A stretch of DNA of 41,321 nt from Malacoraja senta (taxonomy: Eukaryota): positions 1 to 41,321 of the forward strand of contig JAXLNO010000145.1 in NCBI GenBank assembly GCA_038087875.1, read 5' to 3'. Positions 12,088 through 23,534 of this stretch are shown piece after piece. A model generated the notes under the pieces. That model saw only the letters and a list, made by a program, of their open reading frames with translations. It did no database searches and was not told the DNA's origin. The translations under genes were made by a program, and so were the position numbers. Each line of letters starts with the position of its first letter. Position 1 is the first letter of the stretch.

Positions 12088-12269
12088 TAGAGCCAGGAAG
12101 TTTAGGCGCTAAAAATCTGAAATAGGCAGGCAAAAAGGCATAATAAAATTACAAAAAGGCACGAAAAGGGCATTTATTGACAAAAAAGGCATAAAAGGCA
12201 TTTAGTTCTGCCACCAAAATATGGTTAAAAATGATAATATCAAGGTATACTACATTAAATGACCAAAGT

Positions 12270-12633
12270 TGCCTGGTTGCACATAATTACAGCATTTTTT
12301 TCAAATTATCTGGTGTTAAACTATGCCGTCTGTCAGACAGAATGTGCTTCAGTTGTGAAAAACTTCTTTCTACCCCAGCTGAGGTCACTGGTGCATACCT
12401 GAAACAAGCTACAAACTCTAAATTCATGTTGATATCTTGTGCATTACAAATACCTTTGAGAACTTTAGCTATGTTTTGTATTTCTTCAAGATCTTTGTTA
12501 ACTAAAATCCCCCTCTCACATTTTCCTTGTATGTCTTTACCTTCATCGCCAAGAACTTTAAGTAAAAAGTACAGCAAGTAAAGATGTAAACAACTAAGCA
12601 ATAGTTGAGCTCTTTGACTTCTCCAATATTTCC
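12270..12633 (-). pseudogene. hAT transposase C-terminal (dimerisation) region
   Basis: FRYAPVTSAGVERSFSQLKHILSDRRHSL. An internal deletion is inferred near 12580. Confidence 0.88.
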
Positions 12634-14945
12634 TTCTCCTTCTTCTGTCGTATGTCTTTTAGACCTGCAGCTCCGTTGAGGCGAGCCAGGCCAACGTGTC
12701 ATCGTCCAGGTCAATCAGACCTCGTTCACCATTCGGTGGCCGGTGTTTGGGGCAACTGGTGACTATGTGCTCCACTGTCTGTGTTAGGTCCCCACACTCG
12801 CAGGAGGCGCTGTCCACGAGGCCCCACCTCTTCATCGCTACTCTATAGCGTCCGATGCCTGTCCTCAAGCGGTTGAGGGTTGTCCACTGCTTTCGGGGCA
12901 GGTCCTGGCCAGGGACGTCCATGGGGTCATTGATGTACTGGTGGAGCCTAGATGGTTCTGCTGTCTTCCACTGGTCTCTCCATCTCGTCTTGACCCAGGC
13001 GGCCTTAGAAGCATCAGCCGTTGTTGTGCGGAGCAGCTCTTGGGCTTGCGTGGCAAAGGGGTGCCGTGACTTGAGGCGCACTCGTCGTGGTGTCTCTGTG
13101 ACGATCTGATGGAGGAGGTGGGATTCACTGGTCTGTGCCTTTCGAGAGAGGGCCAGCGTGGCTGCTTCTCGTCTGATGTTGGCTGGGGAGATGACAGCGA
13201 GGACGGGCAGTTGGTTTACTGGGGTGGCTCGTAGGCATCCAGAGACAGTCCACAGGGCGCTGTTGAGGGCAGCATCCAGCTTCTTGGCGTGAGGGCTACG
13301 GCACCAGACCCGGCACCAGACGCAGTACTCGGCGGCTGAGAACACCAGGGCCACTGTGGACGTGCGCAGTGTCTTCATCGTGGCTCCCCATGTGGTGCCG
13401 GCTAGGCGGCGTATCAGTGCGGCACGGGCGCTTGCCTTTGCCTTGGCACCTTCCAGGTGTTGTTTGAATGATAACGTTCTGTCGAGCTTCACACCGAGGC
13501 ATGTGGGGACGGGCTGGGACCGCAACCGGGCGTTATCCACCATGACGTTCATCTCGCGGGTCGCTTCCCTGTTGTTGAGGTGGAACATTGAAGATGTTGT
13601 CTTACCCATGCTGAGCTTAAGGCGCCAGTTCCTCAGGTATGAAGACAGGATGTTCATGTCTTCAGAGAGGCCCTCTTCTGCTGCTTCCCAGGATGGCCAG
13701 CTCATCAGCATAGCCATACTTCTTTGACTGGGTTGCAGACAGGTCATGGATGTAGATGTTGAACAGCATTGGTGCCAGCACTGATCCCTGTGGGACGCTA
13801 TTTTTAAGTTTCCTCACCCTGCTGCATCGCCCGTTGCTGGTGTATAGCCTGAAGCTGCGGTTGCTCAGCATCTCCATGATGAAGCTCACCATGTGCTTGT
13901 CTGGGATGGTTTCCAGAAGCTTCATGTGTAGTCCACGCAGCCAGATAGTATCATATGCAGCTGTGAGGTCCAAGAAGACATCGCCTGCCTTCTCCCCTGC
14001 CTGGAAGCTGTCCTCTATGTCTTGGCATAGGAGGGTCACCTGGTCTGCCGTTGACCTACCGCTTCAGAAGCCAGCCTGTTCTTTAGGCAGCTGGGGGTCA
14101 ATCACTGGATTGAGACGTGTGTGGAGGAGACGTTCCAGGAGCTTGTATGGAACTCACAGCAGTGAGATGGGTCGGTATCCCTTGGGGTCATCGCTAGGCT
14201 TGTTTGGCTTTGGCAGAGCGATCACCTTGGCATGGCGCCAGATCTTTGGCTGCTTCAAGCAGCGGAAACAAGTGGAGAGGAAGGAGCACAGCCAATCAGT
14301 TGACTTCATGCCTTGGTGTTTTATGTATTCTGGGTGGATGCCATTTTTCAGCCGTCGGATGGCCTGCTCGATTTCTTGTGTTGTGAAATCGTGGGATAGG
14401 TTGGAGTCGCAGCTCGGAGCCCTGTGTAGCTCATGGACTCTCGCCGATGTTGTTCTGGTGAAGTCCTTGTCTGCGTTGGGGAAGCGGCCGTTGCTCAGCA
14501 GTAGCGACGCGATGGAATTTGCAGTAATGGGACTCTGTGCTGGGGTTGTCGACCTGCCCATCAGCTTATTCATGGTCTGCCACGCCTGACGGCTGGAGTG
14601 TGTGAAATTAATTGATTCCACTGTCTCCGTCCATCTTTGCCTGCGTTTCTCATTTAGTCTGCAGATTAGGTCGTTCGTTGCCTTGTCCCTGTCTTCACTG
14701 GTTTGTGATTCTGTGTGGGTGCGAAGTACGTCTTCACATTCGTCATCCCAACAGGGACAAAGACAGCCTCTACACGGCCTCCTCCATGAGTAGCTTACAG
14801 GCTCATAAGCCCACAAAGCGAAACCAATGTCTTTACCGCATCTGCAGACCGTTAAAAGCCATGCCTCCCCAGGCCAGGCGGCACCGTTAAATGCCGCCAA
14901 CTGTCAAGGTTTAGCGCTACTGCAGCTCAATGTTGAAGGCCTTAC
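12634..14945 (-). mobile_element. Vingi (Ingi/I group) LINE, truncated with inverted 5' segment
   Basis: YRPISLL, FLDLTAAYD, PQGSVLAP, YAD(E), FHLNN, LAGTTWGA, C-terminal CxC..H..C. ATACGACAGAAGAAG tail. 13-bp TSD CTCCAATATTTCC (12621-12633 / 14946-14958). Confidence 0.88.
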
Positions 14946-15523
14946 CTCCAATATTTCCGATGTCAAGAAACACTCCTTTGACGGTTAACCTGCCTCCGAT
15001 GTACCGATGACCACATTGGCAACATATCTCCCCAGAGCATCAGTTGTCTCGTCTATTGAGATCCATATTTTGTTGCATGCAACTTCAAATCTAATTTTCT
15101 GCACAACAATGTTGAAGTTGCTGTCAACATAATTTTTCTGTAATGATGACTCGCTTGGCATATGTTCCTCTGTGTATTTCCCTAAAAAACTCTGAGAGAT
15201 TTGTTTTCCAATTTCCACCGTGGAATTCCAGCATCAATGAATGCGTTGCACAGATCACTCGAAAACTCAGATTTGTGACTGGAGCCCGCAGTAAATGTTG
15301 TGAGGAGACAAGCTTGTGTATTTCCTACCTTCAGTTTCTCTGCCGCCGACTTGTGTTTAGCTGTCTGTACATGCTGGGAGACGAAATATTTCTTTTCATG
15401 ATTTACTGCTTACTCACATGCTTTGCAAAACAGCACAGAGTTGTCTGTAGAGAATATATCACTCCCATACACTCTCACCAAATCGTTCAGTTTTTTACAA
15501 GGCGTTGACTTGACTTTAGGCAT
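14946..15523 (-). pseudogene. hAT transposase N-terminal half (CGGBP-like zinc finger + first catalytic Asp)
   Basis: MPKVK...IFSTDNSVLFCKACE; FLGKYT..PSESSLQKNYV; IWISIDETTD..GRYVANVVIG. Stops and frameshifts present. Confidence 0.88.
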
Positions 15524-16116
15524 TTTCGATTTAAATCTTTTTATTTGAATTTCACAGCAATTTGCATACATACTATAATAACAGACAGTAACAGTCAGAG
15601 CATAATTGTACAACAGTATGTAAGCGATCCTCAAAACCCTTACCCTTACCCACCTTCAACCCACCCAAGTCAGGTCGGAGCCAAACGGGGACAAACAACA
15701 CTCACATACGTACACATCCACACACAAATGGTAGAATAAACAAAACAAAATGTGCTATATAAAAATAAATAAAAAATAAAAAAAATAAAAAGTAAAAAAG
15801 AAAAAGAAAAATATATATATATATACACATATATATTTAAATAAATAATTGTAGGGAGGGGGGGATTAAGGGAAAAGCAGCTGCTGTAGAACAAAACGAT
15901 GATGGAGAACACTCAGTCCTCTTCCGAGTCCAGGGACAAGTTAAGAGAGTTAACCAGTTCAAAGAAAGGGTTCCATGTATCTAGGAATGTCTTGGTAGAG
16001 CCTTTGAGAGAGAACCTACGTTTTTCAAGTTTCAGATTGTAAAGCACCTCCTTAAACCAACGGGCGTGTGTCGGGGGACAGGTAAGCCTCCAACTAAGCA
16101 AGATCAGTCTCCGGGC

Positions 16117-17027
16117 TGTAAGTTATTGGGGCAAATCCTCCAAAATTATGGAAGAACTTGGATAAGGACATGGACATTTTAAAAAGACAGATTTGCTGGC
16201 TGCAACGGAAAGACCCGCAATCCACAGAAAGAATCAACCCGTCTGGCCTGTGGACTTGGACATCACACAACGGTGTGAACAGGTAAGGCTGAGACGGAGA
16301 TAACGAGATTTTCTTGGATACACAAAGGAAGGAACCAAGCCTCAGCAGACGGTGTTAAACTGGCCAGCAGAGCACTATCACCATCGAGGATGATAACGAT
16401 CAGGCTGAGGGATCATGACATCAGCAAACCCCTTATCATCGGAAGCCTATTGTTCATGCCAGATCGAAACTGGGAAACATCAAAAGAACCCCTTTTATCC
16501 AGAGGACCACCTGGGGGTTTCAAAGGAATCTCAGGTATAAAACAGGAGTCCAGCCAGAACTCGCGCTCTGCTCTTTTTGGCTCTTCCTGCTCTTCCTGCT
16601 CTCTTTCTGCTCTACTGGACAGCTCGTGAGCCTGCATCGACTTAGCTGTGAGTATCCTGGTGACCTGGAGAAATACCCGAAATAGGATAGGAGGTTGAGT
16701 AAATAAAGGGAAAGGGGAGTAAAATATTGTCAAAGTAAGTTTTACGACGTGCCCGATAATTTTCTTTCCATAGTTTTAGTTTAAAGCATAAGTTTAGTCA
16801 CATATTATGTAGTGTTGGTGAGATTCGATTTCTTATTGTTTAATAAAGCCTGTAAATTTTAGACTTCCTTTGAGTCCGTCTTGGTTTCTGTTTTCTCTCA
16901 TCAGCACGCTCCGGTCAAGTCAACCTCCTATCATATCCCACCATAATTCCGAGGTCTAGAACCTAGGGGAACCCCTTTTTTCGGGCAGTTGGGCCCGACG
17001 TGGAGTAAAGGGAAATAAACCCCTACA
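16117..17027 (+). repeat. 5' LTR
   Basis: Direct repeat of 23535-24445 with about 7 substitutions counted by eye. TATAAAA at 16536; AATAAA at 16702 and 16842. Confidence 0.98.
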
Positions 17028-17029
17028 GA

Positions 17030-17286
17030 ATGGCGACCATGGCAGGACCTCGGTGGTTTGGGATATGTGATTTGCCAGAGGGGGTGAGAGAACGTAGCAA
17101 GATGGAGGAAAGAATCTCCTCTGATCTGTTTAAAAAGATCAATCTCACCAAACAATGGGTGGTAGCATTGCTGACAGCACAGCAGCCTGCAGTAGCTGCG
17201 GCTCAATGGACGGAAAGCAAAATGTATAATAAAGGGCAGGAAAAGGCAGTTTGGCTAGCGTATCCGCACCCCCGGCCCCTTTATGA
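17030..17286 (+). pseudogene. gag: gag remnant (N-terminus fused out of frame to C-terminus)
   Basis: Only ~250 nt lie between PBS and pro. The pol frame reads ..SLASVSAPPAPL-TGA(17284)-PPAKQ.. into the protease. Confidence 0.6.
17031..17047 (+). promoter_or_regulatory. Primer-binding site, tRNA-Arg-like
   Basis: TGGCGACCATGGCAGGA lies 3 nt after the LTR and resembles the complement of a vertebrate tRNA-Arg 3' end. Confidence 0.75.
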
Positions 17287-20200
17287 CCGCCAGCGAAACA
17301 GCCCACATTCCTATGCCTGTTAAAGTATGGCCCATGTGGGAGACCCTGGGTCAAGATGAAGGTCCAGGTTGTGGTCGGGAGTTACCTGCTGGACACAGGT
17401 GCTTCCAGTACTATTGTCCACACGGACAATCCCCGTACATCCCCTCTATCTAGTGGGGTACCCTATAGTCTTGTCGGTTTTACAGGAAACAAGAAGACAG
17501 GGTTTATCTCTGTTCCCTTGTCCATTCAATTAGGAGCACTCCAGGCGCAGTGGAAATGCGTCCTGATGAGTTGGGAGCAGGAGGGAAAGGGGATACTGGG
17601 CGCCAACTTTTTAGTGGCCCACCAGGTCCTGGTGGACCTGAGGAACCACTGTTTGTGGGGCATAGCAGGAGAAGGGGCTGAGAGAGAGGAGGTAATGGTC
17701 ATCGAGAGGGCACCAGAGAGAGGGGCTCTGTGTGTCGTGAAGCCCAGAGAGGGGTACGATCTAAAGGCCCTAGTGAGGCAGACCCCGAGCGAGTATCGAG
17801 GCCATGTTAAGCGAAATTTGGCCGCATTCACTACTCACAAGCACGACTGTGGAAGGGTCACAGGAACAGACGTCAGGATAGACGGGGATCCCATGTCCCG
17901 ACCGCAGAAACAGTATAGTTTTCCCCGAGAGGCGGAGGCTGACTTAGAAGTCGCCCTGAGTTCACTGGTTAAGCAAGGCGTTTTGAGGCCCATAGCCACC
18001 CACGTGAACTCACCGCTCTGGCCCGTACGGAAGCCAGACAATTCCTGGAGGGCCACGGTAGATTACAGGGTCCTGAATAAGAATATTCCGGCTTGCGCAC
18101 CAACTGTGGCAGCTGTAGCAGACCTATTAGCGGAAATTCCGGCGTCTGCATCTGTATTTACGGTGCTAGACATCTCGAACGGTTTCTGGTCTATCCCGGT
18201 CAGGAAGGAAGACCAGTACAAATTTGCTTTCACATTCAAGGGGCAGCAGTACACGTGGAACTGTCTTCCCCAAGGGTTCCACAATAGCCCCAGTATTTTC
18301 CACCAATGTATGGCAGAATGTTTAAAAGAATTTAGTGAGCCCCACAAGATCGTCCAGTATGTGGACGATATTTTGCTATTCACGGACACCAGTGAGGAAC
18401 ATGGGCCCCTAGTAAATGAACTGCTGGAGCTGCTCTGTAAGAGCGGTTTAAAAATAAATCCCAAGAAGGCACAGATAGGGTTACAAGAGGTAAAGTTCTT
18501 GGGACTGACCCTTAGGGCCGGAGAAAGGGGTATCGATACAGCAAGAAGGCAGGCAGTGCAGGAACTCCCAGTCCCAACTGACGTGGGGGGGGTAAGATCA
18601 TTTCTGGGAGTCACGGGCTACTGCCGAGACTTTATAGAGGACTATGCCGCGACCGCAGCACCTCTGCACCGGCTGCTACGCAAAGGGGTAGAGTGGGAGT
18701 GGGATGAGCAGTGCGAGTCGGCATTCATCCATTTGAAGCGGGACCTGCAAAAGGCCCCAGCTCTGGGAGCCATTGACTACAGGGAGGAATTTTTCCTGGA
18801 GGTAGCCGCTAGCAGCGATGGCCTGAGCGCAGTGCTCCTCCAGGAACGGCACGGCAAGTTAAGGCCAGTGGTGTATTCCTCCAGAGTCCTCACAGAGGTA
18901 GAAAGGTCCTATTCAAACTGTGAGCGGCACCTGCTAGCCACACACTGGGCAATGAAGAGGGTACAGGTCTTCATAAGAATGTCCCCCATAACCCTCCTGA
19001 CCCACCATACCCCAACCCAGATGCTGCTGGACGGTCGGATTAAGGATGGGACCGTTAGCAGTGCGAGGATCACTCGCTGGACCCTTCTCCTTTCCCAAAC
19101 GGCCTTATAGGTTGAGAGGCTATGTGAGCCCAAGCTCGCTGCCAATTTGGTGTACCCAGGGGAGCCACACCATTGCTCGGTGGAATGGGGTATGGGAGGT
19201 GGACTTTGGGCTTAGAGCAGGGTTACATCCCACGGGTAGGGAAATATACGTGGACGGGTCCAGTTTCGTGTCCGAGCGCATACGGCTCACGGGCTGTGGG
19301 ATCTGGGACCCCGAGGCAGAGATAGCCCTAGCTCTTAAACTCCCACATACGTTAAGCGCCCAGCAGGCCGAGCTGGCGGCGGTAATGTACGTGGTGACCC
19401 ATCCCGAGCGTTTCCCCACTCCATACACCATATGTTCGGACAGCATGTTCACATGCAATTCCTGCACGGAATATCTGGCCATCTGGTCCCGCCGAGGGTA
19501 CACCTCATCGGACGGGAAGCCCCTGACCACTAAACCCCTATTAGAGAGGATTGTAGCAGCCGTAGGGAAGGGCGGGGATAGATATATCCATAAGGTGAAG
19601 GCCCATTCCAAAACGGAGCCACGGGGCGAGGGAAATCAGAGGGAGGATTGCTTGGCCAGGGAAGGAGCCAGGAGTGGGAAAGCATGGGACCCCGATGAGG
19701 AAGGACAGGTAGCTGCAGCCAGGGAGCGGCCTCGGGAAAAGGAGAGTGCGGGAGTGGTTTTGGCTCCGGACCTGACCACGGTCCAGGCACAAGACCCTAT
19801 TTTAAAGGCTGCCTCAGCAGCCATTTGCAGGCAGGAGAAAATAGAGGGACTGTATGGGGGTAAAGACATGGCAGTAAAGGAAGGCATGTTATTCAAGGGA
19901 GATAAGTGGGTAGTGCCTTCCCTGTACAGAAGGGAATTTTAAAAACTAGCCCATGAGGGTCCAGGGGCAGGTCACCCCGGGCCAGAGACCACATGGCAGC
20001 GAGTAGAGATGGCAGGATGGTGGCCAGGGCTCAGGGAAGACGTTCGCGACTTTTGTGCAAGCTGACTGGTTTGCGCAGCAAACAACCCAGACCCCCAGAA
20101 AAGGAAGGTTTCTATGGGACACATCAGGAGGGTGGAGGGGCCATGGCAGTCGATTCAAATCAACTACATCGGACCCCTTCCAACCGCACAAGGGGGTTAC

Positions 20201-21505
20201 AAGTACTGCTTAGTCCTTGTGGATGTGTTCTCAAAATGGGTAGAGGCCTTCCCTTGCAGAGCAGCCACTGCAATGGGTACGGCAAAAATCCTGGTTAGGG
20301 AGGTGTTCACCAGGTGGGGACTCCCACAGTTTGTGGAGTCAGATCAGGGGAGCCATTTCACAGGACAGGTCATGCAGTCCACCCTGGGCATCAAGGCCAA
20401 GTGGCATGTGGCCTACAACCCCCAGTCCTCGGGACCGGTGGAGCGGTTGAACCGGACAATAAAGGAAAGGATAAGGAAGGAAACAGGGGACTCACTCAAC
20501 CGGTGGGTGGAGGTTTTACCCCTGGTCCTTATGGGGATTTGGGCCAGCCAGTCCAAGAGTACGGGGTACTCTCCCCATGAGCTTATGACAGGACGGGTCA
20601 TGAGAACGCCTATGCACGTTATGGTCCCAGCCCTAACAGAGGAACAGCTCAGGGAAGTGAACCGGGACAAGTTTGCCAAGAGGCTATTTGAACAACTTAG
20701 GCAGGTTCACTGGCAGGCAGCCAGAAACATGGGGGCCCAGCACCAAAGAAACAAGCTACTGCTGGAACCTCGCAGGCATTGCGAGTGGGCAGTGGGAGAC
20801 CAGGTAATGGTCAGGAGATATGCTAGGGTAGGGGTGTTTGAACCCTTGTATACGGGCCCATACAACATAGTGGACAAAGCCAGTCCCATGGTGTATGCCA
20901 TTCAGCTTCCCTGTAGAGTCAAATGGTTCTACATCAACCAGTGTAAATTGTTTGACCCCACAAGGGCAGGGAAAAGTAAGAAAGGGGTACATGTCAGAGA
21001 ACAGGATCAAGAACAGACCCGGGTTGATGTGGAAACCATAGGGAAGCCAGGCGAGTCCACAGGTAGTCAGCCTGAAGTAGCCGGCTGTGTCCCAGGGCGA
21101 GGACTGGAAGCAGCGGAGAAGGAGGTTGACTTCAGCCCTCCACAGGCAGGTACCGTAGACTGCCTAAGAGAGGCAGAACTAGCAGAAACAGAGGAGATGG
21201 AGGTATCACCTCTGGTGTGGGAACCCCCGGTCAGACGTAGGAGTGACAGGGTCACTAAACCCCCAATAAGGTGGTCCCCATCCCTAATTAAACCTAGGGC
21301 TAGGGCCGGCCACAGGAGGGCCGGGAAGGAGAGCGGCCAAAACGGCACTACGGAGTGCAGCTGGAGGGAGCCCAGTCTCCACAGGGAACGTAGGGGTAAC
21401 TCAAAACCCCGTAGTGCAAAGGGAGGTGAGGGGCAGTCAGGCCCCTCAACAGGAGGAGTTCTGGCGTGCACGGGTGGGCCCACCAGAGGGGTGGCCCCAG
21501 TGTGA
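17287..21505 (+). pseudogene. pol: pol: protease, RT, tether, RNase H, integrase
   Basis: LLDTGAS; DISNGFW, LPQGFHNSP, YVDD; tether LEVAAS..YSSRVL; RH YVDGS..SAQQAELAA..SDS..KVKAH..GN; HHCC, SDQG, VERLN, GPY. Stops at 19108, 19940 and ~20063; frameshift ~19185. Confidence 0.95.
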
Positions 21506-21761
21506 CGGGGACCAGTTATGAGTTGGCCACCCGGAGACGGGTGGCGTTGTATATAGCATTGGTTTTTGTGTAAGTAGATGTAGTTAGCGTAACTAGAGAT
21601 AAGGTTTTGTATAGCTACAGGGGAGTACAGGGACAGACAGTACAGGATCGAAGGGATGTGCTGTGGTAAAGTGGACCACAACAGACAAATCAAAGCCCCA
21701 AATGCCATTATTAGGCAGATAGCTTTGTGGAGGCAAGGAGGTGTTTCGCTTTGTTTTCCAG

Positions 21762-23249
21762 ATGGGTAGCCCTGCCGTATGGATGATGGCAATGATGTGC
21801 CTCCGGATGTGCGTGGCGCGTCGCGGGGACACGGAGGAGTCCATCGTATATGGGTGCTCAGGGGACAGAGCACCCCTCGTGTCTACTGGGGAAGGAAACC
21901 TGGTAGCGGATAGCCAGGCTGGATACTCCCATGAGGGGAGATGGCCTGGATGGCTGGGGTCAAACTCGACCAGGTTCTCCAGCCACAGGAGCTTCGGCTA
22001 CGGGGAAGCATCCATACCCTGTGCCGAGATACAGATGGCTACCGACCGGGTTAGGGTGACTGAGGGCAGGCGGGTGTGTTTAACCTGTAAGGGGGACGTT
22101 CCTTTGGGGAGATGGTGGTGGCTCAGGAAGCTGAGCTCGGACATGAGGGATCGATCCTCGGACTGGGAAAGACTGGACAATGGTACCTACCGGACCATCA
22201 CGGGGTCACCGGGAGGGATCACTGTATGTTGGGACAAATGGTGGGCCTATGACCAGGGGCTTTATTTATGTCTATGGGGGTCTGCCAAGGTGTGTCCGGT
22301 AGGGGCATCAATCACTTTCGTCAAGTGGTAGCAGAACCCCGGGAACGGGATAGATTGGGACCGCAGTGGGCAGGCATGTATGGCCCCCAGGGCTGGGATG
22401 ACAGTAAAAGCCACCGAATTACTGGTTCAGGTGAAGAAGCCCCTACCCACAGCCCAACCGATCGACCCTCACAACTGTCCAACCACCACCAAAGGGCCGG
22501 AGAATGGGTTAGCACTTGTCCCAACCAAAAGGGTGCTGTACCAGCGAGTGCATTACGCTGTGGCCTCAGTAGTATTAAATTTGACTGAAGTGCGGTTACC
22601 TGCATGGTGCCCCCGCGAGACGGAATTATTATATCAGGCCCTGCTAAAAGACATGTTCCAGAAATTCCACAACCTGGATTTTGGGGACATAGACATAGAA
22701 GAGATGTACCGCGGGGGAGGGGATTTCAGTTTGGGGTCCGGTAGGCAAAGACGAGGGGTGGTTAACGACGGGTTTACAGCATTTAACACGGGGATGTCTA
22801 TTATTAATAGCATGGACAACGTAGAACTGGCCCTGCAGATCAATCAGTTGAAGGGCCAGTTACGAAAGGTTCTGGGGGAGGAAAATACGGTGGTAGGATC
22901 GGGACTGCACGAAGAGGCGGCAATGACTCTACATCTAAAGGAAATCATAGCACAATTGGAGACACATGCAAAAACGATAAACGCTTTGATTAAAGAGGAC
23001 CGGAATGCGTCCGATCAGGCTGCACAGAATGAGGTGTGTGGGCTGTATGGTTCGTGGTTGTTGGGGGAGGGGAGGAGCAACCTGGAAGACCTGAGGCAAG
23101 GTCGGGTCCCCTCCTGGATAAGCAACCAGCACCTAGCAGCGCTACACCCTTATAACAGCACTTTGAGTCCTTGTCAGCTTCGTGTGGCCTCCGAGGCCTA
23201 CCCGGTACCGGTGGATTGCGGAAAACCCAATCACACCCCATCACTGTAA
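21762..23249 (+). pseudogene. env: env-like: signal peptide + Ig-like domain + class I fusion ectodomain; one in-frame TAG (22329), no TM anchor
   Basis: ORFs 21741-22331 and 22380-23249 share a frame. RQRR furin site at 22743-22754, then a fusion-peptide-like segment and heptads. Several N-x-S/T sequons. Confidence 0.8.
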
Positions 23250-23534
23250 AATGTCTGTTCTCTAGTGCAATAGTTTTGTACATATGTTGTCATCCCTGCA
23301 TTTTCAGGGAATGGTCGTGAGGGTACTGTATGGTTTGTGGGATTGATGTAAAGTAAAAGGTCTATAGTGTAAGTTAATGTGCTTCGAGGGCCTAGTTTAG
23401 TGATTAAGGGGGCTTTCGGGGTACATAATTTCACCTTCTCACCAGGAGTGTTTACAGCTCTTGAGGCTGGAGGATTGCCCACTAACTTTGTCAATCGACA
23501 CGGTCCATGCAAGCCTGGACGTATCGTAGGGGCA

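Noticed and set aside
13756..14589. 277-aa plus-strand ORF
   Set aside because: Antisense shadow of the Vingi RT.
16390..16733. 79- and 106-aa ORFs duplicated at 23808-24151
   Set aside because: The duplication simply reflects the two LTRs; no recognisable domain.
21067..21873. 268-aa antisense ORF across the pol-env junction
   Set aside because: GC-rich and mostly a shadow of the IN tail, with no motif. It cannot be excluded without copy comparison.
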